Counted from the first letter of the stretch, positions 47,950-61,030 are shown. The stretch is DNA of 64,000 nucleotides from Basidiobolus meristosporus CBS 931.73 (GCA_002104905.1 MCFE01000179.1:1-64000), one strand, 5' to 3'. Numbers and translations: made by a program. Notes: a model not told the origin generated them from the letters alone.

Positions 47950-49400
47950 CTATGTGTTAGCTTGACATTTGTAGCTTAGGTAACCATGTCACATCACAAA
48001 CTCTTTGAATACAAGCTGCTGATGTGCCAACTTACCATTGGTGATCTGCTTCTGGATAAACATTCCTACAGTGTCAACATATGACTCTCAATGGAAAGCT
48101 CCTCCTCCTAAAGAATCCTTCTATCTTGACTGCACGCAGCTTTTGATTAGTTCCATATTCTGACTGATGGCTTATAGATTGAGTGCTATCTCTAATACAG
48201 ATGATAGTATGACCTTTGACATTGCAGCCATTTACTATTATCCTGCTGGAAATCATAAGAAGTTCATCCAGTAGGGGATATAGATATCTCTCCAGGTTGG
48301 ATGGTAATTCAGGCCCAGATTCCAGTGAGACTACAACCAGATATTTGCCTGGATACCTTAAGATTGGTGGCAGATTTATGTTGATGAGAATCAGTGGCCA
48401 GCAGGATTTGCTGGTAGAATAGTTGTGTGCAGAGAGTTCCCCAGGTGCAAAGGCAAAGGCATGGTCATACATACCTTCAAGGTAGCCCTTGCTTCCTAGT
48501 CATTTGTAGCATTTGCCATCAAATATATTGGTAATCTTTGTCCTTGATTGAAACTGAGTGGGGTACTCTATAGCTTCACTATATTTGCTGTACTCCATGA
48601 GCTTCTTTAGGTAGGTTATTACTGGAATATATCCAGAGTGTGAGCAATGTTTTCCTCCTATAGAGGTGGGTTACTGACAAGTTAGGCACCATGCAATGGT
48701 GACATTTTCTGATGTGAATGCCATGCACTGTTAGCACATGCTGGTATCAGAACTGTGTCTGGGTCATATGTTGCCAGCTACATGATGGTTGTCTATTTGT
48801 AATATATACATGGTATGTTGTATCCCATAATAATTTTGGCAAGAAGTAGCAGTAAATCCTCAGAGCCCCCATTACTGATATTGGTGGAAACATGCCATTT
48901 CTCTAGCTACAACATTATATCATTCATCAGTAGATGGACTACTGGGCTCACATGGCTACACCAGGTGTCCTTGACATTCTTTCCAATGAGTGTTGTCTTA
49001 TTGAATATTGGGACTTTGCTAGGCTCATGCAGGGTACTGTTGTCAGGTGATATAGGCTCACAATCTATCATTAAGCCTTCTTCTTAAGAGCTGTTGCTCT
49101 GCAGGTCACATTCAGAAGGCGGATGTTAGCTAGAAGGTAACACAAATTCAGCTGTTGCAGTTTGTGCAAGGTGACAAGTGTAGCTAGATACCATTATAGA
49201 AGTATCAAGTGGCTGGCACAATATTGGTGATACAGTAGCACCTGTGGAATGCTCAAATATGACTTGTGTGGCAAAACACTGGCTACAATCCTTGTAATAC
49301 TTCCTATGCTGTCTCTGTGCTTCATGGCTGAGAGGGTTGTTACAATAGCCATGTAGTTCTTTTCCCTTCACTTACAGTCCTGAGTCAAAGTACTCTGTTG
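47950..49400 (-). mobile_element. CACTA/EnSpm (tnp2-type) transposase relic, N-terminal and central part
   Basis: C..CMAF...C..C..P, YIP, IFDGK.Y, and SCWPLILININLPP..RY...GPELPSNLERYLYPLLDEL, which fits the Transposase_21 motif. Confidence 0.78.
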
Positions 49401-52400
49401 ATGAGGCAAACAGATTTACACTGAGCAATGTAAATCTATTACGTCATTTTTTGTCAATACTCATGTGAATTCAAGACAGTCTTGTGTTTACAAAATTGCA
49501 TCTACATGAATGTAAGATTCAATGATAACCCACTACAGTGAGCATTATGAATAGGCTTGTGGTGCCATATATGCATGCATACATAGCAATGTTTCCCCTT
49601 GGTTTGACTAGTATCCATATACTTGCCACCAAAAAATACAGCAAAATTGTGTGGTTCTCAACTAAGCTACACAGCTGACAGCAGCAGAAGTATAGTTGGA
49701 CAACAGCTTGCTTTGACATTCAGTGCAATAAGCAGGGCTACATCCAGAAAAGGCTGTGTTGACAGTGTACCCACTAAAAATAATAATGCAGACTTCTCAA
49801 GTGCTCAGTCAAGTAGGCAATTGAGAATCTCTGCAGAGTAACAACCTGACCATAATGCTCAGGCAAATGAGAATGTAGCAGACATAGTACCTCCAGTGGA
49901 GGACTAGTAAGTTGCTGTCTTAACATCAGCACCATCAGTATTACCAAGTATGCTGTTGGCATATGCCAAACCATTAATGAGGCAAATAAGTGCAGACCCT
50001 AATAAGATATATGCAATGGCCTAGAGAAGTCAGGAAGTTGTCCAGAGACAGGATAAGCAGTTAATATATGCCAAGCAGTCAATAGTCAAGGCAGAGAATG
50101 CAGTGTATTTGCTGCAAAGAAGGAGCCCATATAGCTCAGTGTTGCAGCTAAGATTTAAGAAATTTGCCAATACACCAGCAAAGGAGTACTGTGAAGTCTT
50201 TGAAGCACAACAACAGTGCACAAAGATAAAGCCTGCAAAAGAATATACCACAGCATGGGAGGAAAGAACAACGCATATATACCAAAGCCCAATAATCAAT
50301 GAATATTTGAGATCTCTGAAGCCATTGAGTGTAATGATGAAGAGTGTGCTAATATACAAGAGGCTGTACCAAGTCTAGCATGCCATCCCCTCAAGGCTGG
50401 TAAACATGTGACCATCAGAAACTCAAGGTCAGGCAGAATGTACTTGACTTGCTCCACATGTATTACCCTAGATTCTAAAAAGTAAAAGGTATTGGCCAGT
50501 ATTGGTAGGCTGAGAGAGTTTCTCAAAAGATGCAGAAACTACAAAAGGCAGAAGTACAAATGCTTCACAGCTAACAACCAGAGGCTTCCTCAACAGCCCA
50601 TTAAAAGCAGGGCCAAAAGCTCTAAACAAGCAGCAAAAAATGTGTGGTAGCCAGAAGAGTGCTGATAAGGGACAGGCTGGAAGAAACAGATGCACCAGTG
50701 CAACTTGCATCAAGGAAAAAGGATAGTATTTATCAAGAGGTACTGAGTCAAAGTAGTAGTGGAGGGCCTGGCAGTGATAAAAATCATCAGGTTTCTCAGG
50801 AGCCTGTCACAATTAGGGCTGAAAGCTCAAAGCAAGTGGCAAAGAAATGTCAGGTTGCCTGAAGCTTGCCAGTGAGGAACAAGCACTCAGCAGTTAGTGC
50901 ATCCATGCAGCACTCATCAAGGGGAAGAGGTAGATTAGTACAGGAAGCGCTTGTACAAGGTAGCAGCAATAAAGGAAAAGGTAAAGGGAAAAAAGTCTAC
51001 ACAAACCAGAGGCCGGAAAGCATGATAAAGAAACTGCCATTCTCAGTAATTGAAGCCAGCAGCCCAGAACAGTTTGAATCCTGTAATAGCTAAGAAGAAT
51101 TGCTAAGAAGACAATGACTGTTTTCTCAAGAGTTGGATGCATTGTCAGTCATGTTACATTACGGTGAGGTAGATGGGTTTGCAGAGTAAGGTAATCTCAC
51201 CACAACAGCTTCCACATCCTCTATTGTAGAAAAAGTGGAGATCCTACTGACAGACAAAGCAACAACATCAAGAATTCCAAGGACAATCATAATTCCTACA
51301 GTGGAATATTCAGGCAATAATAGACACTGCAAAAGGTTGCAGCACTTCCTCAAGTGCAATACTAAAGAAAATGTACTGGAACATTGCAGAGATTTATTTC
51401 AAAGGCTGGCAGATTATGTATTAGACCTTGCAGTGCTGGCCAAAGAACAGAACATATGGGAACCAGTGAATGAACAATGGCATAAAGCTTTAGAGTTCCA
51501 GCTGAAGTTATGGAAACAGGGCATATTGGCAGAAATACTTATTGAATGATGGATTTTAATGGACTTACTTGTTGAGTGTGAGGCTGGGCTTAATGTTAGT
51601 CTTGGATATAAAAACTTGTACAGGTCAGTAAAATTGGCAATAGAGTTATAATTGAAGAGTGAATAGAAATAAGCTAATATGTATGCAAGAAAAGTAAGAA
51701 TATTGGTTGAGTCAGGAAGTAAGAAGTATGAAAAAGAGGCAATAGCCAATAAATGTACTCAAATGTAGGAGGTGATTGAAAGTCTGGGATCTGAAAGTGA
51801 GAAAACTGGCAGAGTAGCAATCAAAAGTTACTTATATATTGCTGTGATGAGAAATTTTAATCAAATTTTTTGTGAAATGTGAGGTTCTATTTTTGAACAG
51901 TCTTTGCATACTGTCCATACCTCTGAGTTACAGGATTTAAACTTTGTGGTGGCCTTTGACAGGATCATCACAGTTATATTTCATAGGGAAAGGACACTCC
52001 CAGGAGACTATGCTGGCAGCCAACCAACTTTAGAAGTACTGTGCATAAGGAATATTGAGTTTAGATAACTGGTGATGCATTAGATTCTTTGCCAGGCTTG
52101 CTCTTCACATACAAGTATATCTTTGTGTCTCTATATCAGTACTCAACAAAACTGAGGGCACCAATAAAGTCAGTAGTGAATAATTGTAAAAGTGAAGTAA
52201 CAGCATATTATAGTACACAAATAAAATAGATAATTACATGTCTGGAATCAGGAAATGATAATAGAGGCAGGGAGTGGGTCAAAAGTAAAAAAGGGACAAT
52301 TGAGAGTGCAGGCTTTACTAATACTTGCAATGATTTTTGCTTTGCAAGGCTCAAAGACAATGAAAGGATCAGGTTCACTATCTAAGTTAGCTGACTTATG

Positions 52401-52899
52401 ATTGTTTTGCACAAATGTAATAAGTTAATATATCCATATCTCCTATACAAAAGTGCTGTATCTGTTCATTTATTTGCAAAAGTTCTGTATAGATTGTAGG
52501 CTCTTATGTGTTGCTTGTGAATCAATTAGCTGTTCAAGTATTTGTGCAAAGCCACCTTTGTTGATACTTATGCTTACAATTATAGTTTACTGTCCACCTG
52601 CATTGATTGTTCTGTTGTCTACCACAAAAGCACATCATTTGGAATATCTTGATATTAGTTTAGATATTACTTTCAATATGTAAATGGCTGAGATGCTCCA
52701 GAGTATGTATACCATGCCTAAGAGCCCTTTTTTCTGGCTGTACTGAGTTCAGATTTGAGCTGCTTATGTCTGGCAGTTGCAACATATATACATTTATATC
52801 ATTCAAGTGGAAGATATCACTTTTTTAAACACAAATCTAATCAGTGTCCCTCACTAAGATTGCCTCTTTCTTTGAAGGAATTTAGGTATCCCTGTTTGT

Positions 52900-53586
52900 T
52901 GTTATTATGCATATTATAGTATTGACTACTTCATTCTGATTGCAGCTTGATCATTTCAATTCTTTTTACAAATGCCTTCAGTTAACACAATCTACAAGCA
53001 TATACTCAATTCTGAACTCTAGGGCTTACACAAGTCCCTGAAATTGGCTTGTCAGAGTATACAAGATGGTTACTCTCATAGCTTCATTAGTAGCTAGCAT
53101 TCCTACTGATTTCATGCCAATAACCAATTCAGCCACTCTGCTAATTGAGTTGTCTGTACTTCTGCTGGCAGTGACTTGGTAGTCAAGATTCTGTGTTTTG
53201 GATAGATTTTTGCAGCAGCTGAAAATGATTGATAGGGCTTAAAGCTTGTTGTAAGAGTTTTGGATAAGCTGGGAGTGATTAGCAGAGAAAGTACATTACA
53301 TAGTTTTCACTCAATGAATTTGAATATAAAAGCAATGCTTATAGTTTAAGATAGTGTTGCCAAGATAAACACCTAGAATATGCCTAGGAAGATCACCAGC
53401 GCATGTGTGCAAAGTTTGGTAAACTTTGGTCAACATGGGTGTTTTTCATGTCATGGGTATCTGATAATTTGGAAAAAAATTCCAAGTCCAACAAGAAATT
53501 CGGGCTAAATTCTTTAAGATTTGTAGGCTCTGAATTAAGTGACCAAGATAATAGAATAATTAGGTGTAAATACAAAATTTACAACA
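52900..53586 (-). mobile_element. Old copia relic: LTR 53247-53586 plus degenerate PBS and deleted gag
   Basis: LTR ends TGTTG/ACAACA; gag-like LVSPRVQN/RVTILYSL remnants at 53010-53160. Confidence 0.7.
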
Positions 53587-53961
53587 AAAGGCCAGGAAAT
53601 ATCAGCAATTGAATCGCGGATCAGAATGCAGTGTATCAAAGTAACTTCATAGCAGATTCGTCAGTACGTCATCTGATTCAGCGACATTTGAAACATGAAG
53701 GGACAATAAGATTCTAACACAAATGGGTTAGTGTTGGCCGCATTCAACTATATTTAATTGCTTCAGGAACCTCCTTCCTGGGTAAATCCTTGATTATGCA
53801 AAGACTGGTGATGATGATTGAATAATAGCAATACAAGTCACAAGAGAATCCTCTGCACACGTGATACTGATCAGGAGCTCAACTTAGGGAACCCTCAATT
53901 ACGTCGGGCTAGATAGTATAAAAGAAGATTCACTGAGCTAAAAAATAACCATTTTTGATAT

Positions 53962-56487
53962 ATGATGTTCAAGACATCAAGCAGCCTATTCATAGGTTTC
54001 CTTCTTCTATATGTGATAGATGTGGGTGGCGACCAAATAGCATGTAAGTGTAGCTAGCTCTGTGCACTGCCCAGCTTCCTGCGCTGACCTCATTCGTAGG
54101 GATATTGGATAAAAATCCGTCGCCTGGAAAATTGATATATACTTGGAGTGACTTTGTCAATGGAAATAGAAATCTCACCGCTAAATCCCCCAGTTTTACC
54201 TGGACACAAGGTTTAAACGGAGAGGATGGAGCCTACATCACCTCTACTAACGGAGATATTGTCCTCAACAACCTCTTATCAAATAACTCCCAGACTCTTG
54301 TTAGAGGAACCGATGTTACTGACCCGAATGGTAAACCACTAAATCAGTTCCGATATGCACTTTCACCTAACAAGAAGAAAGTTCTCTACGCAACTGACTA
54401 CAAAAAGGTAAAGAATCGTCGCCATACCGAGAAAAAACACCCTGCTATGGCTTACTAACGAAGTTTCTCTTTGTTCTTTGTTTATTGTCACCTGAATAAC
54501 CCAGCAATGGCGTCACTCCTACTATGCCAAGTACTGGGTATATGATATCGAGACGAAGAAGACCACTCCGTTGACCACAGATTCTGGCAAACCCGACATC
54601 ACCTATGCCACTTGGAGCACCGACAGTACCCATCTGTCCTTCGTTCGGGACAACGACCTGTATGTTACCGACCTCAAGAGCGAAGTTAGAGTGACCAAGG
54701 ATGGCACGGCCACGGTGTTCAATGGAGTCCCGGATTGGGTGTACGAGGAGGAGGTATTCAGCAGCAATTACGCACAATGGTGGTCACCTGGAAGCCAAGC
54801 AATCGCATTCCTGCGATTGAACGAGACAACCGTCCCGGAGTTCCGCATGCCAGTGTATCACCCGGGGAATATGAGTGACTCTTACCCAAGCGAGGTGATC
54901 ATAAGATATCCGAAGGCAGGCTACCCCAACCCAACAGTGTCGCTGCACATCTACCATCTGAACGCGGAGAATGGACCATTGGCAGTGGAGTTCCCAGCCA
55001 CTGATGGCCTGGACCCAGCGGAGATGATCATTGGGGAGGTGAAGTGGCTCACGGAGAAGGATGACCTCTTGCTTGTGCGGGTGAGCAACAGGATCCAGAA
55101 CAAGCATTGGATCTTCATTGTGGACGGACAGTCGGGCATGGCCAAGCTTACCAGACGCGAGGCGGCCACGGATGAAGGATGGCTGGACTGGCATCAGGCG
55201 GTAAGCTATGTCCCAGCCAACGGCACCACCGGGGTCCAGGAAGGGGGCTATATCGACATCGTAGAGCACAGCGGGTACAAGCATCTAGCACTCTACACCC
55301 CCGTCACGGCGGAGAAGCCAGTGTACCTCACACGGGGCGAATGGGAGGTGAACAGCATTCTTGGGGTTGACGCCGTCCGAGGCCAAGTGTACTACACAAG
55401 CACCGAGATCGACTCTACCGAACCACACGTGTTCAGCGTGAGCTTCGGAGGTAGGAAGAAGCAGCTCTCCCCGAAGGTCAGAGGAGGGGCATTCAGTGCG
55501 GCCTTCTCGAACAACAAGGGATACTACATCTTGAAGTATCTTGGACCCCAGATCCCATGGTCGAAGCTGTACTCCATTGACGATAGCAAGTTTGAGAGAG
55601 TGCTGGAGGACAATAGCGCGTTGCAAAAGGTGTTGGCGAACTACAAGGTCTCCACCCGTCGCTACAAGAAGATTACGGTAGACGGGGTGGAGCTCAACAC
55701 GATGGAGATTCTGCCACCGGATTTCCAGGAGTCGGCTCGCCATAAGTACAACGTACTGTTCCATGTCTACGGTGGGCCAAACTCCAACTATGTCACGCGT
55801 AACTTCCGACTCGGCTTTGATGACTTCCTCACCGCTGCGCCATGGTCGAACGTAATCATCGTGAAGGTGGATGGACGTGGTACTGCATTCAAGGGCCGCA
55901 AATTCCGCTCACCAGTGTGCGGCCACCTTGGCCGGTATGAGGCCATTGATCAGGTGAATGCCGGGAAGTACTGGAAGCAGCTCCCCTACGTCAACCCCGA
56001 GAATGTCGCCATTTGGGGCTGGTCGTATGGCGGGTACATGACCGGAAAGGTGCTGGAGACTGACACCCAAGTCTTCAAAGCCGGTATTTCCGTGGCACCA
56101 GTAACCGACTGGAAGCTCTATGACTCGGTGTACACCGAGCGATACATGTCCACACCACAGGACAACCCTGAGGGCTACGAGGAGGCCGGAATCCGAAACA
56201 TGACTGGATTCCATCACGCAGACTACCTGCTGGTCCACGGCACAGGTGACGACAATGTCCACTTCCAGAACTCCTTGAATCTGGTAGATGCATTGACCAT
56301 GGCCAAGGTTCATCGCTATCGCTTCCAACCATTCACCGATTCGGATCATAGCATCAACATTCGCAATGCCACTGAGGGAATCTACTTCCGTATTGTCAGC
56401 TTCCTGGCTGAAAGGTTCCAATTGTTCCCCGACACACCCAATATTGACCTTCAAGTGGAGAGGGCGTTATATGCGGGCAAATCATAG
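53962..56487 (+). CDS. DPP4: Secreted dipeptidyl peptidase IV (S9B), copy 2, 3 exons
   Basis: Distinct signal exon MMFKTSSSLFIGFLLLYVIDVGG; same catalytic GWSYGG/DDNVH/DSDH; different C-terminal tail. Confidence 0.95.
54485..56396 (+). repeat. Right arm of the 1,912-bp inverted repeat
   Basis: Reverse complement of 25977-27888. Confidence 0.97.
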
Positions 56488-56753
56488 TCCATGTAATTAC
56501 CGTAGAAAACGCGTAGTAAACTGTAGCCAAGTGAACTCCACACCCCTGTTCGTGCATTTCTGTTAGCTTGATGTGCATGGAAACTGGCCCAAAGCCGTGA
56601 TGGCATTATGCATATGAGGGGGGTCATAATTTAATGCATGTAACGTATTAAAGGAATTCATTTATTCCAAAAGATTGGTTTGGCTGGAAACGGTATCGCA
56701 ATTGGTGCTCAATGGGGATTTCTGTTCTCCACAAGAGCATTCGTTAGGGGATC

Positions 56754-58038
56754 TCACTCATTCAGGAAATTCCATATGAATTCCGATGCGTTGATATACT
56801 GAACAGGTGGCCATGAATGCCTTCCCCGCTGTGTTTCAATCAGTGAGACTTGGACATGACTCTCTTCTGAGTCGAGACAGTCTTGGTAGAGATGCTGGGT
56901 GACAGGGCCCTTATGGAACCCAATACTAGAGATCTTACACTGATACTTCTCACTGCTCCAGAACGTGATCGTCTCCAAGGCGGTCTTGATTTTGTATCCA
57001 ATTGGTAAATAGATTTTATAGCGGTAAGGGAATAGGGGGTCACCTGGGATGCGCCCAATTAGTCATGCAAAGTAAACCAAACATGGGGCCATCATCTTAC
57101 TTGTTCCGTGGAAATGAAGGACTGAAAATGCGTTGGTAGAGTTGAACATGTAGTCGCAAGTATTTGCCATGGAGCCTAGTAAAGCAATCTACGTGGTAAA
57201 TGGGTAGTACCAGAATTGGAAGTGTATCTTCGCTACCTGACATAGGGGCAATTCCTCGAAACTTAATCAACGAAGCTCCATCCTCGTCTACCCCAAGCCC
57301 ATTGTTGTGGCACGCCCAAGCATATGACATGGCACCGCCAGCAGAAAAGCCGAAAGTGAAGACTCTCTCGAAATCAATCTTCTCACGACCCAAGGTGTCC
57401 ACTAGGCGGTTTGCTACACGGTTCAAGTATTTTATGTCGTCACCTTTACTGAAACAACACGTTCCAGCTGTCGAAGTTGGTCAGCGGGCGAAAGATTCAA
57501 AGCTAGTTGTGGGGGATATCTCTCTTACCATTCCAGGTATAGCTGGTAGAATCAAGGGTAGAGGCGCTGCCTTTTGGGTAGACTGATAGGAAATGATATT
57601 TGTCTGCGGCCAGATCCATTCCAGTACCGTGAGCGAAGTTCTCAGGATTATCACCCTGAAAAGGGCAAGATAGCATTAAGCAAATGTCTGCTTTTTGTAA
57701 ACCATCCCACTTACCATCCCATGCAAGCCAAACACAATCGGGATCTTTTTTCTGGTGGAAAGTAGTTCAGGTACATGGACCAAAAATTCTCGCGGTTGAC
57801 CGCGAACCAAATCGTCGGTGAAGTTAAAAACATAATCGCCAGGCTTCAGGTTCACGAACTCGTCTTCCTTCCAGGAAAGCGCTTTGGCTCGAGTTCCGAT
57901 GGCCGTAGGCTCTGCAAGAGAAGCAAGGTCGGCAGAGGGAAAAGGGATTTGAAACGCGGAAACGTTTAGGAGAGACAGAAGAATCAAAGAGTGGGATGCA
58001 AGCCCCGTTATTGAAACTCTATGTGGAAAAGTAAGCAT
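56754..58038 (-). CDS. Secreted alpha/beta-hydrolase, PHB-depolymerase/feruloyl-esterase-like family, multi-exon
   Basis: Signal-like N-terminus; REFLVHVP..PIVFGLHG, IAYPKG, DDIKYL, RVFTFGFSAGGAMSY (GxSxG), GRHSWP. Confidence 0.82.
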
Positions 58039-58475
58039 TACTCTCAGCTGGAACAATTTGTTGGCAGTGAGGGATGTATTGATCATGGTTTTAAGAATGA
58101 ACGTGGGCTGACCAGAAGTAGAATCGCCAGAACAATTGACGGTCACGGGATTGGGATTCATTGATTCCGCACACAATGCTATTATTGTGTAATTGATTCA
58201 CCAACATTTATGCCATCCAGTCTACTCTGGTTTGAAAGCTCTGCATTATTCGAGTTTGCCAAGACCACCCACATGCCAAAGGTCCACTACAAGAGTAATA
58301 TGGTTAATGCCGCAAACCCCAAGCATTCTCTTGGTCTACATTGACTACACATCCAGGTTTCCGTTAGAGCTAAATGGGTCTGCACCAGGTTATATATTAT
58401 ATGCATGTATTATATAGTAACAATTCAACTACTGGTACATTAAGCCTACATAGCAAGATCGGCATGCATCGCGAG

Positions 58476-59189
58476 TCATTCCTGCTTGGTGATCGGCTTC
58501 TGGACGACAAACCACCAGAACTCGATTTCTGCACCATGTTCATTCTCGACAATGACCTCGTCGTCCACAAACACAAACCCAACAGAGCTCAGATGCTCGC
58601 GAATCTTGGAGCAACTCCAACTGCTCCAGTACATAGGGGCACCGATCCAATTGGGGTCATAGATCACCGGGACGTCCATGGTGGCAAGATTGCAGATGAA
58701 GTACCCGCCAGGCTTTAGCCAGTTGTAAATGTTCTCGAGCAGTACCAACTGCATATCGCGTGGGACATGGATGATGGAGAAGAACGCCACAACCGCGTCA
58801 AATGTATAGTTGGAGTAGGCCAGCTTCATCATATCCGCGCTTACCAGGTCCACAGAGTTCTCGGCTGGATTGGCCGAGATCCATCGTTTGAGATTCTCCC
58901 GTGCCAACTGGATCTGTCTTTCGGACAGGTCTACTGCAGTGATTTGGTACCCCTTCTCGAGCATCTTCTGTGTCCACGGCAGGCCAGTGGCGCAACCCAG
59001 CTCGAGCAGGCGGGTTGTGTTCTGCGCGGGGGCCAGCTCATACAGTTTCTCGAGGTATTTCAGTCGAGGGCTGTTGGTGGTGTTGTCCGCGGTGTTCGAT
59101 TCTTCAGCCCAAGCTAGATAATCCAGAGCAATTTTATCATATCCCTCCTTAACAAGCGCTATGGGGTCCACAATATCAGTCTCACTCAT
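58476..59189 (-). CDS. Class I SAM-dependent methyltransferase, intronless
   Basis: VKEGYDKIA, motif I LLELGCATG, VDLSERQI, ADMMKL, FDAVVAFFSIIHVP, WLKPGGYF. Confidence 0.9.
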   Translation of the reverse strand: MSETDIVDPIALVKEGYDKIALDYLAWAEESNTADNTTNSPRLKYLEKLYELAPAQNTTRLLELGCATGLPWTQKMLEKGYQITAVDLSERQIQLARENLKRWISANPAENSVDLVSADMMKLAYSNYTFDAVVAFFSIIHVPRDMQLVLLENIYNWLKPGGYFICNLATMDVPVIYDPNWIGAPMYWSSWSCSKIREHLSSVGFVFVDDEVIVENEHGAEIEFWWFVVQKPITKQE

Positions 59190-60759
59190 TGTTTTTGTCT
59201 TGTGGTTGGTTGCCCAACCAACCACCCACCATCTTAAATAGCTTTCATGCATCGAGAAATCGCTGGACGACGGGTTTCTGTGGAAAGCGATGGAACCTGC
59301 GGAATGATGTCACCTTGGCCTGCCCACTGATTGGTGTGCCTCCCCGCTAGAAAATCACACAAATACAAGTGGGATGGTACCAGCGTAACCTTGGTTTCTG
59401 AATCACAAAACATTGGAATCTCAAGATCAACCAGATAGGAAGGCTGTCTTGTACCACCGTATCCACGGCTAGGAAATGGAACGCTGCATTGTATGGCAGT
59501 AGAACATCGGTACAACCCCGCGCTGCCTATTCCCGGCGGTATTGGTTGTCGACAGCGTGCCTTTTCTTCTGGAATCTGGTTCCATGCCGACCATGATGAG
59601 CTAGCCTCCTTTGCCACAATATATACCATACCTCCAAGTTCATCATTTCCGAGGACTGACATCTGTAGGGGAGCCTTGCTGCGGCAGGAAGGCGTGGCTG
59701 GCTGGCCAATGGCTTGGCTTCCCCGCGTGGATCAATGCGCATGTACCCGAAATACTTCTCCAATGCATGCTTTCGACTTTGAGCCCAGAAATGAGGCAAT
59801 CATATACTGGACACATCCACCCGGATAAATCCCGGGGCCTCTAGAACAAATAAATAGACTGGGTTTTCGGATTGCAATGAAGATCTCGATCCAAAGCAGT
59901 TCATCCTTTCTTTAAATTGGTTGCATTTGGGGCACAAACTTGAAGATGGATGCTACGCATCTGGGAACTGTCCCCATTTCGTGCTATTCTAATTCTGGCC
60001 TATAATTAATGCAAGCTTGTTCATATTCATTCTATTGGGGGCTCAATGAGTGACAGAAATCCAAGTATACCGGATGACCATTTGCAATCTATGGTGGGCC
60101 TGGTTTTTCTCTAACCCCAAGCTACCTAATATCTGGAAGTGATCAGTGCATGGACTAAGATGATTGCACATAGCTTCCCAAAGCTCTGAAAATGACTATA
60201 AAAACAACTTGGATAATCTGATCAAAGGGTCAACAAATATAGATCCCATAACTGAGAGGCACAGATGCCATACAAATAATGTAGAAAGAAGTTGCACTCT
60301 AAATGTCAACAAAACATGGCTCAAATTTTCCAATTCAATGATCCATCTTCTATTTCAATAGCTCCTAAGCTTCTGTTCAATGGTTCCCAGCATTTTCACT
60401 CCCTTTCCAATAATACCTGTTCCTACACATATGCACCTTAGTTGATGATTGCCATATTTCATCCCTCATATCTACTAACAGTATTACTACTTCTGCTATA
60501 TATTGATTAGTGTATTATTATTGATACTTCAGATATTATTTAAGACTAATATCTACTAACCTATAAAAGTACTTAAGCATTAGATTGAGACTGGTCATAA
60601 CCTCATACTCCATCAGTAAATACATTGAGATCCACCACTGAAGAAGTGGTGCCAGCTTAAAACCCTCTTCTATCCTGTTGGTAGGACTCTATCAACTTGG
60701 TGTCTATTACTACTTGCAGTTTCTTGTGCATCCTACTCCATTTAGAAAATGGTGAGATA

Positions 60760-61030
60760 TGTTCCAAGAGCTTTGAAAGTGCCGGAAGTGATTGGGATAA
60801 CATGCTCATTATGAGGATTTCACTTGATAATTCATTGAATGTAAAGGCATTATTTATACATATACATGGTTTTAACAGAGTAAACAAATAGAATACATAA
60901 AAAGAAGCCTGAAGAGCATATGTGCAAGGCTTGGAGCTCTTTGGACAAGTCTATAATGCCTCACATTCTGACTATCTAATGTTTAAGTGAAATATTTTGA
61001 GTAAATCACAACAAGGATCTTATGAAAATT
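60760..61030 (-). repeat. Old, diverged LTR of the copia family
   Basis: ggaagtgattggga...cacttgataattcattgaatgtaaag...tgtgcaaggcttgga..ttggacaag. Confidence 0.6.

Noticed and set aside
25977-56396. RIP acting on repeats
   Set aside because: The closely linked 1.9-kb duplication is essentially unmutated, and the TE decay is CpG-focused.
59234-59844. Overlapping ORFs, one with LWQRRLAH resembling GAG-pre-integrase
   Set aside because: No downstream CxxC or other copia context.
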